Of a stretch of 64,000 nucleotides of DNA, positions 1-9,256 are shown one piece after another; the stretch's first letter is position 1, and each line of letters begins with the position of its first letter. Source of the stretch: Candidatus Hermodarchaeota archaeon (GTDB taxonomy: Archaea > Asgardarchaeota > Thorarchaeia > Thorarchaeales > Thorarchaeaceae). The notes under the pieces were generated by a model. It saw nothing but the letters and a program-made list of their open reading frames with translations. It searched no databases and had not been told where the DNA came from. The stretch lies in the NCBI GenBank assembly GCA_048885865.1, contig JBHLLF010000012.1:16106-80105 (forward strand), given 5' to 3'. Made by a program: the position numbers and the translations under genes.

Positions 1-3000
1 CATCTGTATTGCACGGTTTGTCGCAGTTCCAACGCCATGCATAGCGCCAATGAGATTCATTCCAACATCCGCCTTAGCCTTATCCTCGCTAGTTGTCAAA
101 TCTACATTAGTTGAGGTTCCCATTGCTAGATTCTCAATCATTGCATCAAGTGAACTGGGAAATGCCGAAACTATGCTTACTGAGTCAAACTCATTTGTTT
201 CACTCATCACCTCCCTGAGCTTGGCCGCAGCAACACTCCCTCTGACGACAACAATTAGTTCGATGAAATCATTACCTAGATTGCTCATGTAACTCCGAAT
301 TCTAGTCACCGTTACCTTCATTGATGATGCTTTGAGATGCTGAGGAAGTATCAAAATGGCCCTGTCGTCGAGAACGATATCTGGTCCATCATCTAGATTT
401 CGTTCCCATGTGACATCATACAAGCCAAGTTTCTCGATAATATAGTCAGTTATTACCATTCTTACTGCATCAAGTCCTCTTCCCGGCAAAGTAAAAATGA
501 AATCGCCTGGCACAATTGGCAAAGCTTCTCTCTCAATTGTCCCCAATGATACCAAGTCACGAATGACTTCGCCTATGTCATCACTTTCCATTCTTGAATC
601 GATTGCTGTCAGAATCTCCTCCATTTCAGCTTGAGTAGCCATATTTCGAGAGGCAAGAAATGCTACAATATGCGATCCCAATTCCCCCAAACGATCATAT
701 ACCGCTCCCATTGGTTTCGAAGAAGAGCCATTGCTGCCATATTGAACTGTTGTATCATGTTCCAGAGAGGCATCTTTGGGTTCTATAATTGCTCCTTCAT
801 CATGAGGTTTTGACTCAAAAGGCGATTTCTCAAGAATGCTGGTCATTTCAAATGGTTGCGTTGCAATCTCGAACGGTTCTGTCCCAGGCAAGACAATCAG
901 TGCTCTTCCACGCTTTAGTGTCTTAAGGTACCGTTCTTGTTCCTCATCAAGGGACATGAATCTGGCACCAATGGGACTATCATAGGGAAGTCGAAAAGCA
1001 ATTTTCGTAGCTGTGTTTGCCAGAATATTCGAAGACACATTCGGTCGAGTTGATATCACAACTACACCTTGCCCCGTTGCTCGTTGGAGCATAACCATAG
1101 ACTCTCCGGTGGTGACATCTGCAGCTGTATGTCTCGTATAGCTTTCAGGTACAAGATTACTGGCTTCTTCGAGAACCACTAGATGATGAAGACCTGGCTT
1201 TATCCCTCTGTGCAATGCGTAGTCAAAGATGCGTTTAGCTATGAGATTATACAGCAAACGAGCGGCATCCATTCCACCCGTCCTAGCAACATACTGCAGG
1301 TCAAGAATCACACGCTTATCCATAAGATTCGAAATCTTTACTGCATCTCGACCGCCACTTAGAATGGTCCCAAGTGGTTCTCTGGATAGAATCTCCAGAC
1401 GATTAAGGAGTGCATCTCTAGTCATGATAGCTGTCCGATCCTTTCCTGCAAGGTCTGATACCTCACGAATCAATGCTTGAATCGAGTTGTCATTATTTGA
1501 TGCACGCGCAATCTCTAGAACTGCCTCACGAAGAAGCTTTTCCATTGCAGGCGAGAGTTCTGAAGAAACACCTCTCTCGTTTAGGAGCTCTCTCAATATT
1601 GCAAAGGTTGTATATGCATGCTTTTCCCCAGAATCAGTTTCTGGATCCATGAAATCAATCACGAATGATGGATCTACTCCGGGTTTCAATACAAGGACAT
1701 CATTGTCACAGAGGTTTACTAATTCTTGATATTCAGATCCCTTTACATCAAAGATCCACCATGGAACACTCGACTTCTTACTTAGTTCAGCAATAAGGTG
1801 TTTCACCAGAGTAGTCTTTCCGGTACCAGTTGCTCCAAGTACAGCTACATGTTCCCGAAGCCATTCCGGTTTCAAACCGACATCATTTATTCGGCGCCCG
1901 CCAAAGACAGCTCTTGCAATGACAAACTCATTACTCACCAACTTTCTTGATGGAATTGAAAAGGTGGGCGCAGGGGATGCGGCAATGACAGGTAACTGCT
2001 GGACCGGTGTATTCAAGAAAGCTACCAATCTACTCACATGAGTCCTTTGTGACGCAATATGTCTTCTAAGAAGGAGTTTGTAGGCTACACCCTTCCCTAT
2101 GGTTTTAGGTTTCAATTTGACTTTGCTATCTCCTCCCCATATTGAGTGAACGACACCACACACCGCTTCTTGAATGCTTGAAAGCTGTTTGGAACTGTCT
2201 GTTCTTATCGCAAGAGAAACTGAGGAATCAAACCAGCTGGTATTTCCCTGTATCTCCTCATAATCGCGTAGCAGCTTCTTTTTCTCTGAATGGTCTGCCA
2301 GGGAGTCTTCGTTCCGTTTTTCTTTTTCACGAATTGTTTTCCATTGCCCTTCCAGTTTTCTCTGTTCACGCCCAGGTTTGGCCTTCGAAAAGACGCATGT
2401 GAGACTTACATCATATCCTTGCCTAAGCGAAGTTGAGAGGAAAGTCCCAATCTGCGAGCTTTCCAGACTGGGCGCGACTCGTGGCTCTCCATTAATTAGC
2501 AACAATGCAGTATGCAGCTCTCTGGATAAGTTCCCTTCCAAGTTAAGAGAAAGGATGCCTGATACGGCGTCCATGAGGCTCTTTCCTCTAAGCTGATGGA
2601 GTTCCACATTGCTAAGAGAGGATATCAATATGGCCTCGGCTCGAGTCGCCTCATGTCTAAGAATACTCCCAATCTCTTCCTCATTCTTGCCTATTCCAGT
2701 TATGAATATCCGTAGAAAGGCTTCGCCCCTCGAAACACCCGCTTCATATGCCATACTGACCTTCTCATTCATTCCTGCACGAAGTGCTAGAAGGAATGCA
2801 GTAGCATATTCTGGCCGATCATTCCGAGCAACATGGACCGAGCCAGGCGCAGATATGATATCAAGACAACATGTTGCCACAGTATGGTTTCCAACGTTCA
2901 TTGACACTAAATCATCATCTAAGACCGCAGTCAATGTTTGCTCAAAAGTTATCTTTCTGCGAGCCACTAGTACGCCCATTAATATCGGACCTATGGAGAT

Positions 3001-3165
3001 TATGATTTCAATGAACAGTTTCGATGGGATTGAAACTGGGGTGATCAGTCCTAGTAACGGGAGCAAATAGACTACTATGAAGTAGAAAGATGAGATAGCA
3101 ATGCCAGTAAGCCATCCGAGCTCAATCCATCTCCATAGTCCTGGAAGACTCTTCCTAGATGGCAT
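1..3165 (-). CDS. Membrane-anchored VirB4/HerA(DUF87)-like P-loop ATPase, partial (runs off window start, >1055 aa)
   Basis: Manual translation of large parts. ATG at 3165 follows a GAGGGAGG RBS. Begins MPSRKSLPGLWRWIELGWLTGIAISSFYFIVVYLLPLLG with two hydrophobic helices. Walker A REHVAVLGATGTGKTT (~1810-1857), Walker B HLVVLEEASN (~1160-1190), then VVISTRP..ILANTATKIAFRL. Absent from the ORF track, consistent with no stop codon inside the window. Confidence 0.88.
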   Translation of the reverse strand, partial: MPSRKSLPGLWRWIELGWLTGIAISSFYFIVVYLLPLLGLITPVSIPSKLFIEIIISIGPILMGVLVARRKITFEQTLTAVLDDDLVSMNVGNHTVATCCLDIISAPGSVHVARNDRPEYATAFLLALRAGMNEKVSMAYEAGVSRGEAFLRIFITGIGKNEEEIGSILRHEATRAEAILISSLSNVELHQLRGKSLMDAVSGILSLNLEGNLSRELHTALLLINGEPRVAPSLESSQIGTFLSTSLRQGYDVSLTCVFSKAKPGREQRKLEGQWKTIREKEKRNEDSLADHSEKKKLLRDYEEIQGNTSWFDSSVSLAIRTDSSKQLSSIQEAVCGVVHSIWGGDSKVKLKPKTIGKGVAYKLLLRRHIASQRTHVSRLVAFLNTPVQQLPVIAASPAPTFSIPSRKLVSNEFVIARAVFGGRRINDVGLKPEWLREHVAVLGATGTGKTTLVKHLIAELSKKSSVPWWIFDVKGSEYQELVNLCDNDVLVLKPGVDPSFVIDFMDPETDSGEKHAYTTFAILRELLNERGVSSELSPAMEKLLREAVLEIARASNNDNSIQALIREVSDLAGKDRTAIMTRDALLNRLEILSREPLGTILSGGRDAVKISNLMDKRVILDLQYVARTGGMDAARLLYNLIAKRIFDYALHRGIKPGLHHLVVLEEASNLVPESYTRHTAADVTTGESMVMLQRATGQGVVVISTRPNVSSNILANTATKIAFRLPYDSPIGARFMSLDEEQERYLKTLKRGRALIVLPGTEPFEIATQPFEMTSILEKSPFESKPHDEGAIIEPKDASLEHDTTVQYGSNGSSSKPMGAVYDRLGELGSHIVAFLASRNMATQAEMEEILTAIDSRMESDDIGEVIRDLVSLGTIEREALPIVPGDFIFTLPGRGLDAVRMVITDYIIEKLGLYDVTWERNLDDGPDIVLDDRAILILPQHLKASSMKVTVTRIRSYMSNLGNDFIELIVVVRGSVAAAKLREVMSETNEFDSVSIVSAFPSSLDAMIENLAMGTSTNVDLTTSEDKAKADVGMNLIGAMHGVGTATNRAIQM

Positions 3166-3424
3166 TCTAAATCGGCCTCCCTCGCTCAATTCATGACTGG
3201 ACACTGCGTCATCACCCGTCCGGAGTTAGAGCACTGTGAATGCCTCTTGCGAATCCACAGTCTACCCTTGGTGATTTACAATTACATATGAACTCCCCCA
3301 GAATCTGATAGTTCGGTAGGAGATTAAAAACTCGAATACAGACTCATGAGAGAATTCAGAACACGCTATGCATGAGGCTTTTGCATAGCTGCAATCTATT
3401 TCACAAGAAACGAGGTGACTGCAT

Positions 3425-5386
3425 TTGAAGCGAGTCTGCACAGGAATAGTAATGATATTGGCAGCACTGTTCTTAGTATCTAGTTTGACTGCAGATGTAG
3501 CATCGGCAGAGGAAACCCTTGTCGTAGTGCGCGGAGAATTGGTGCCTATCACTGCAAGACTCCTTCAGAACGGCACCTTCGGAGATCCAGTAATCAACCA
3601 GCGTCTTCTTTTCTACGATCAGACGCAAGATATCTTCATTGGATCTGCCTTTACAGACACCAATGGCTATGCAATAGTACCCTGGAATGTTTCGATCAAT
3701 CACCCTTTGGGACTGTGCATGTTAAATGTAACATTTGAGGGAAACACTTCGCTTTCTTTGTTTCCTTCCTGCCAATGGTCTTCAGTCATTGTGGTTTCTA
3801 CGACAGTTATAGAGGTTCAAGTCAAAGAGAACTCTATTCACCCAGAGGATGAAATTGTTCTTACTGCCAAAATCACTGATGATCATAATGCATCAATTAG
3901 TGGGGTCACTATGGCTGTTTATAGTGAAGGTGCCCTTCTAGCAGTTGCTCCAACGAATGCTAGCGGCTATGCAACTTTCATTATAGATTGCAATAACACA
4001 TGGTGTATCATTGGACAAAACACATTGAGAATAGTCTTCGAACAGGATATGGTACGCTTCCTAAACGGTTCACAGATTCCGATATCTGTAAACGTTCACC
4101 AAATAGCGACATCTATTGAAATAGAAGATTTCTACAACTCTACAGTTCATTTGAATGACTCATTCTGGTTGCAGATGACAGTTCTGGCTGAGGGTCAGAA
4201 CCACTCCGATGCACCACTTGTTGTGTTTCTTGATGAAAATCCAATAGATGCTATCGTGAGCGACATAGATGGTATTGCAGAGCTAAGTCTAGATATTGAT
4301 TCACGGTATATACTTGGGATGCACACCATTAAGATAGAATATTTGGGGACCTTCCGTTATGAATCGTCATACAAAGAACTTAACATATCCGTGATAAGCC
4401 CCGCAGCAATCTACATTGAATTGCCAGATTCAATCCCTGTAGGAGTAGAATCTGAAGTCCAAGTAACACTCCATGATCTCTTTATGAGACCGATTCACAA
4501 TGCCACTGTAACGCTATTTGATGAACGTACTCATGAGTTGCATTTGATATCATTCTCCTTTGGACAAATCACAGCTACTTCACGCATTGCCTTCAATGGC
4601 CCTCTTGGACCCAGAAATCTACAGTTCGAGGTTTCACATTCATTCTTGACAGATAAAACTAGAATAATCCCAGTTATAGTTTGGTCGCAGCCTTACATCA
4701 TCATGACCTATCAAAACATACGAGGCTATGCATCGCCTTCTCAAGTTGTGACGTTCCAAATTCAGCTAAATGCAAGTGGAATCAATATACCGGAACGACC
4801 AATTGCGTGGCAAATTGGAGACCACTTGGTGACTACGTCTATCACCAATAATGACGGTGTTGCAGAAGCCGCATTTCCCGTTTCTTCAGTAGAAGGTCCC
4901 TATCTATTAGTCATAAGCTATAATGGTAGCATACTAAACTACGAACTACCCGCAGTCTTAGAATATGAAATCATTGTCAGCAGAGTTGTTCCGGTAGCTG
5001 TGAATATGGTGAAGTATTCGGTTTATCCCTCTCTTCAAGAAATTGTAGTTCAATTATCCATCATAGCACTGAATGGCACCCCTCTAGAAGATGTAAATCT
5101 GTCCTATGAGTGGCTAGGCCAAAGAAGTCTTGCTAAGAGTCACGAGTCGGGCATTGTAGAGATTAGTCTTCGCATTCCCACGGAATCAGGTGTCTATAAC
5201 CTATATTATGAAACAGAGGAAGCCGCGTTCGCACAATCTTCCACTGGATACCACATCATTATCATCTCTAGCGCAGAAGCAATGGCTGGTCAAGGTGTAG
5301 GAATTCCCATCATCGTGCTCAGCCTTAGCGTATCAGTTGCACTTGCTAGCATACCGGTTCTATGGCGACGCCGTCTAATAGGATGA
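3425..5386 (+). CDS. Secreted, C-terminally anchored Ig-like (Big) repeat surface protein
   Basis: N-terminal signal peptide; repeated beta-rich units with T(D/N)xxGxA and Y/FxG motifs; C-terminal TM helix followed by WRRR. Confidence 0.75.
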   Translation: MKRVCTGIVMILAALFLVSSLTADVASAEETLVVVRGELVPITARLLQNGTFGDPVINQRLLFYDQTQDIFIGSAFTDTNGYAIVPWNVSINHPLGLCMLNVTFEGNTSLSLFPSCQWSSVIVVSTTVIEVQVKENSIHPEDEIVLTAKITDDHNASISGVTMAVYSEGALLAVAPTNASGYATFIIDCNNTWCIIGQNTLRIVFEQDMVRFLNGSQIPISVNVHQIATSIEIEDFYNSTVHLNDSFWLQMTVLAEGQNHSDAPLVVFLDENPIDAIVSDIDGIAELSLDIDSRYILGMHTIKIEYLGTFRYESSYKELNISVISPAAIYIELPDSIPVGVESEVQVTLHDLFMRPIHNATVTLFDERTHELHLISFSFGQITATSRIAFNGPLGPRNLQFEVSHSFLTDKTRIIPVIVWSQPYIIMTYQNIRGYASPSQVVTFQIQLNASGINIPERPIAWQIGDHLVTTSITNNDGVAEAAFPVSSVEGPYLLVISYNGSILNYELPAVLEYEIIVSRVVPVAVNMVKYSVYPSLQEIVVQLSIIALNGTPLEDVNLSYEWLGQRSLAKSHESGIVEISLRIPTESGVYNLYYETEEAAFAQSSTGYHIIIISSAEAMAGQGVGIPIIVLSLSVSVALASIPVLWRRRLIG

Positions 5387-5395
5387 TAATAGAAT

Positions 5396-5502
5396 TGGTG
5401 CTCCGGCCGGGATTTGAACCCGGGTCGAGGGATCGAGAGTCCCTCATGCTGGGCCGGACTACATACGGTTGCATCATGACTTCATGAAGCATCTACCGGA
5501 GC
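5396..5502 (-). tRNA. tRNA-Glu(CTC) with 29-nt intron at 10/11 (5464-5492), CCA encoded
   Basis: Reverse complement: GCTCCGGTAG[intron]TGTAGTCCGGCCCAGCATGAGGGACTCTCGATCCCT...GGGTTCAAATCCCGGCCGGAGCACCA. BHB central helix CGGT/ACCG with bulges AG|A and TA|T. Confidence 0.93.
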
Positions 5503-5602
5503 TAAGGCGCACCAGTCCGGAGCGGGTGTGCTCACTCCAGACTACAAATAAGGCTTTCCCCAAATCTTTCGCCAAATCACACAAGCAGCGTTAAATCATT
5601 AG

Positions 5603-5797
5603 TCATGGAAATAGACTCGTGAAGCTACTCCAGCTGTCCTCAAGAATCTGAAAGAGTCCTGCTACAACGTCTTGTGCCCAACCTGTTGCCTGCAGTATCA
5701 CAGCAATGACTATCGACACAGTAACCACGGCAATACCAAGCAGGAGACTCTCTTCAACGAGAGGGCCGCCCTTTTCATCCCTTATCGGGTCATGCAT
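5603..5797 (-). CDS. Flp/type IV-like pilin with class III signal peptide (64 aa)
   Basis: MHDPIRDEKG|GPLVEESLLLGIAVVTVSIVIAVIL: charged leader ending KG, Glu at +5, hydrophobic helix. CAGGTGG RBS before ATG 5797. Lies downstream of a TadA-like ATPase. Confidence 0.75.
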   Translation of the reverse strand: MHDPIRDEKGGPLVEESLLLGIAVVTVSIVIAVILQATGWAQDVVAGLFQILEDSWSSFTSLFP

Positions 5798-5866
5798 AGA
5801 ATTCCACCTGATTACCTGTCCATGGAATGGTATTTTAACTGCCCTCAAAAACGAAACAGGATGCCC

Positions 5867-7558
5867 TCAGATCCGTGCAAACCACAATGACTGCCCTTTA
5901 GTCCAAATCTCTTTTCCCAAGCTTCGGCTTCCACTATTGTCTGATGTTTGTAACCTTTCGGATAGAAGATTGACTATTTCGTTGTATGCTTGAATATGAC
6001 TTTCATGTCCAGCTGCACGTGCAAAGGAAAGATACGCGCCGTCTGTTGCCCAATGCAATTCTTGCGATGAATTGCAATTGTAGACTGTACTGAGTCCTAC
6101 GAACTTGAGTACTCCTTCTGAAACTGTTCTTTGGACTTCAGCAATCTCGCTGACGCGTCTAATCGACTCTCCAGGTACTGGTCGTACCATTGTCACAATC
6201 AAATCCATCATAGCTATACTAGATTTGTCGATATTGTGCCCAGTTGTCCAACGGGACACAAGACTAGCTGCAGAAGAGCTATGACAGGTTTGCATTGCAC
6301 GAAGACCTGCTGCAATAGCTTGGAAAAGTGCTTGGCTGTGCTCTGCAGTTTGGATCTCACCAAGCACAAGATAGTCTGGCGACCTATGGAGGGTTTTCAC
6401 AATCTCTAACGATTTGTCGAAATGCCCATCTACTTCATCAACGGGGTCGACTTTGAAACGAACTTGGTTGTGATCGTGAAGACTTCTGCTTTCTACTGCA
6501 TCTTCTATGTAGATTTTTCTCCAGGTTTTTGGGCTATCCAAGTCAAGTGCATTCAATAGAGTAGTCTTACCTGTCCCAGGACTTCCAGTTATCGTTATGT
6601 TAAACCTGCACCCCAGTGCCAAAAGAAGTGCTGCCGCCGCTTCAATTGGAAGTGTGCCATTGCGAATTAGGTCCAAAATGGTGAAAGCATTCCTCCGCGC
6701 CCGTCGAATTTCCATATGCAACCCATCAGGGCTTAATGGCGGCAGGCTGGCAGATACTCGCAGATTCGTATCAAAGAGATTCAAGTCAGTCTTCAAAGAA
6801 GGATTTCTCCTATCTAGATGGAGGTTACTCTCTGCACGTAGTAGTGTGGTTAGACGAGGGACATCTTCTTGCTGAAGCTCATGTTTTGAGATACATCTTC
6901 CTAACCTACAATGGTCAAAATAGATAGGCTTTCCTGGACGGTCCATGTACACTTCTTCCACGTCATCATCCAACAGAATTGGGAGGAATGGTTCTAGCAC
7001 AGTTGTTTTGTTTGCCACTATCATAGAGATTCTTTCTCGTGTCGTGCTGCCTATCTCAGGTAACGATGTCAGGAGGTTTCTACAAACATTGTCAGCAACC
7101 TGCCGAAGTCGAGTTGAAATATCAGACCTTCCTATTGACTGCCGGAGATTACTTCGAATTGATTCACTCAGTTTCTGCATGAGTCCATACTCGAGCGAAG
7201 TCCTCACTAGTGGATGCGAACGATGAAAAATCCCTCTTCTACCTGCTCTCGAGAAGTAGAACGAAAGATATGGACCTACCAAGTAAGCATCTACTGGAAT
7301 CCAATCACTGTCTGGAAACTCGTGATCACCTATATAGACTGACTCCCATCCATCTCCTTTCCAAGGAGGATTTGTTGAGATTGGACCAGAAATTCCACTC
7401 AGATGAATGAGCCTTCTAGAGTCCTCCAGAATCAGCACCCTCTTCCTATTCTCTTCTTCAAATACCATAGAGAGCCTAGTGCATTCTGAAGCCGTTCTCT
7501 CAGAACAATCCTTGCATCTTGTGTCCGGACATCTGATTAATTCGAGCGTATCTTCCAT
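5867..7558 (-). CDS. Type II/IV secretion ATPase (CpaF/TadA/VirB11 family)
   Basis: LLDDDVEEVY, Walker A GSPGTGKT, IED Asp-box, LHRSPDYLVLGEIQ, TCH His-box, RRVSEIAEV. Confidence 0.9.
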   Translation of the reverse strand: MEDTLELIRCPDTRCKDCSERTASECTRLSMVFEEENRKRVLILEDSRRLIHLSGISGPISTNPPWKGDGWESVYIGDHEFPDSDWIPVDAYLVGPYLSFYFSRAGRRGIFHRSHPLVRTSLEYGLMQKLSESIRSNLRQSIGRSDISTRLRQVADNVCRNLLTSLPEIGSTTRERISMIVANKTTVLEPFLPILLDDDVEEVYMDRPGKPIYFDHCRLGRCISKHELQQEDVPRLTTLLRAESNLHLDRRNPSLKTDLNLFDTNLRVSASLPPLSPDGLHMEIRRARRNAFTILDLIRNGTLPIEAAAALLLALGCRFNITITGSPGTGKTTLLNALDLDSPKTWRKIYIEDAVESRSLHDHNQVRFKVDPVDEVDGHFDKSLEIVKTLHRSPDYLVLGEIQTAEHSQALFQAIAAGLRAMQTCHSSSAASLVSRWTTGHNIDKSSIAMMDLIVTMVRPVPGESIRRVSEIAEVQRTVSEGVLKFVGLSTVYNCNSSQELHWATDGAYLSFARAAGHESHIQAYNEIVNLLSERLQTSDNSGSRSLGKEIWTKGQSLWFARI

Positions 7559-7608
7559 TCACATCCTCGCCTTTGGGAGTATAATTCAAATCGGTGTCAC
7601 ATGATTAT

Positions 7609-8646
7609 CTAGGTTAGAGAAACTGATGCAATCACTTTCTTCATCATTCCGAAATGGTCCCGAATGCTGTACTCAGCCACTTGAGTCGCTTCCGAGGCAA
7701 GCTTCTGAGTAAGCACAGACCGTTTTCCATGTTCATCTGCAACTAGACGATCGCTTGCGTAGGCGGCGGAAACAGTGAATATGAAGGGATTTCTTCCTCC
7801 TCTCTTTGAAGCCGGTATCATCTCTAGAACTTCAAGGATCTTATCTCTGAGAGCATTCTCATACTTCTTTGACTCCCATCCACGAGCTATCACCTTTTTG
7901 AGCACCTTTTCACTATTCATCAACATAGACAAGACTCTTGGCACATAGTCATCTGGACGTCGAATTTCAGGGGCAACACCTGTTAGTGATTTGAGTTTCA
8001 GTGCTTCTCTAACAATAGCCCTGACATTAACACGATGACCACATTTCTCGAATGTATTGGCTATCTCATCCAAGGTGATTGGTGCCCCATCCTTGAATTC
8101 TCTAACAGCCATTAGAAGACATACAGCTATGAGCAGGATATTGTTGTTAACCTTCTCCGAAGACTCAGAGGATATCTTCTTGTAGAGATAGGCAGTGCGA
8201 TCACGGACCTGTTCATTTAGCATTAGCAGCTTAGAAACATGGTTGAGAGTTCTGAGAGCTCTATACTTTGCTTCATTTCTGCCAATCCGTATTCGCGTGC
8301 TGTATATCATCTTAAGCCGCTTGAATTTCTTCTGCGATCGTGCTGTGAGAGTCTGACCTTGTGCATCTTGGAAATATCTGTCTTTATGGAAGCCAATATA
8401 GCTCCCTAAACCGTCAACAATATGCATACGATTTCCAAGAGATACGTATACACTTGCATCAGGTGCACCGTCAGATACCTTTTCACCCATCTGGTAGGTA
8501 GGTGACACGTATTCTCTAGAGATTACTAGACCGCATTCTACACATACAATATAGCCCTGGTTTGCCGTTATTAGACCGGAACAGTCGGGGCAAGACCAAG
8601 ACGAGTTTTGAATAGCCTTGAATGTTTCATCAATCAAAGACCACAC
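7609..8646 (-). CDS. Divergent transcription initiation factor IIB (TFB)-like protein
   Basis: N-terminal CPDC..CVECG zinc ribbon, two cyclin-like repeats, GRNP motif, C-terminal TQKxASE..VAEYSIR HTH. Confidence 0.8.
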   Translation of the reverse strand: MWSLIDETFKAIQNSSWSCPDCSGLITANQGYIVCVECGLVISREYVSPTYQMGEKVSDGAPDASVYVSLGNRMHIVDGLGSYIGFHKDRYFQDAQGQTLTARSQKKFKRLKMIYSTRIRIGRNEAKYRALRTLNHVSKLLMLNEQVRDRTAYLYKKISSESSEKVNNNILLIAVCLLMAVREFKDGAPITLDEIANTFEKCGHRVNVRAIVREALKLKSLTGVAPEIRRPDDYVPRVLSMLMNSEKVLKKVIARGWESKKYENALRDKILEVLEMIPASKRGGRNPFIFTVSAAYASDRLVADEHGKRSVLTQKLASEATQVAEYSIRDHFGMMKKVIASVSLT

Positions 8647-8826
8647 CCATATACCGCATGGGTTCGGGTCCTAACTAGATTTCAGGAGGGTTTCAGTCCG
8701 TTCTTCAGAACATGCTGTTCTACAGAGCTAATTCTCAGTGCTTTACAGAGGGTGTTAACAGTCTGGACTGACAGAAAGAGAGATGCCCGAAACTATTACA
8801 TGGAGTATGAACTCTCGAAGACATTT

Positions 8827-9192
8827 TCACATTATAGCTACCAAGAACCTGTTTTGGTCAAACGTCTTTCGTTGAGCAGCTGTAGGATTACTGAGATCAA
8901 GAGTCATTCTAAGCCCTCCTATCGTGCCAGTAACTTCAATCCCATTTTCGTCTCTTATTCGAAACACCTTGCCTTCCGCATACAGCTTGGCATTCTCTCC
9001 TCTTGCAATTGGTTTCGAATCGAAAATAACAGTGACCTCGTCCCTTAGCTTAATCGTACCAGACAGGACTTCAGGAAGCTCTAATGAAATCCGTGCACCT
9101 TCTTCTTTGGCAATCATCGTGACAACTTTCAGCCTCTTTGTTTCGGTGTCTTCAATTGAGTCAACTGTGGCATTCTTTAGCCTGATTACCAT
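8827..9192 (-). CDS. rpo8: RNA polymerase subunit Rpo8 (Rpb8/RpoG)
   Basis: 121-aa OB-fold pattern with GKVF and TIGGLRMTL, matching the Rpb8 SFGGLLM motif. Confidence 0.75.
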   Translation of the reverse strand: MVIRLKNATVDSIEDTETKRLKVVTMIAKEEGARISLELPEVLSGTIKLRDEVTVIFDSKPIARGENAKLYAEGKVFRIRDENGIEVTGTIGGLRMTLDLSNPTAAQRKTFDQNRFLVAIM

Positions 9193-9256
9193 ATTCTCAC
9201 GCTCCTCGGCGCTTGGTTGGCGGTCAGTCTGGAATTAAAGTTGTCGTTCTATTCGT

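Noticed and set aside
50-3070. Seven plus-strand ORFs (60-153 aa) in the track
   Set aside because: Antisense shadows of the long minus-strand ATPase gene; no motifs.
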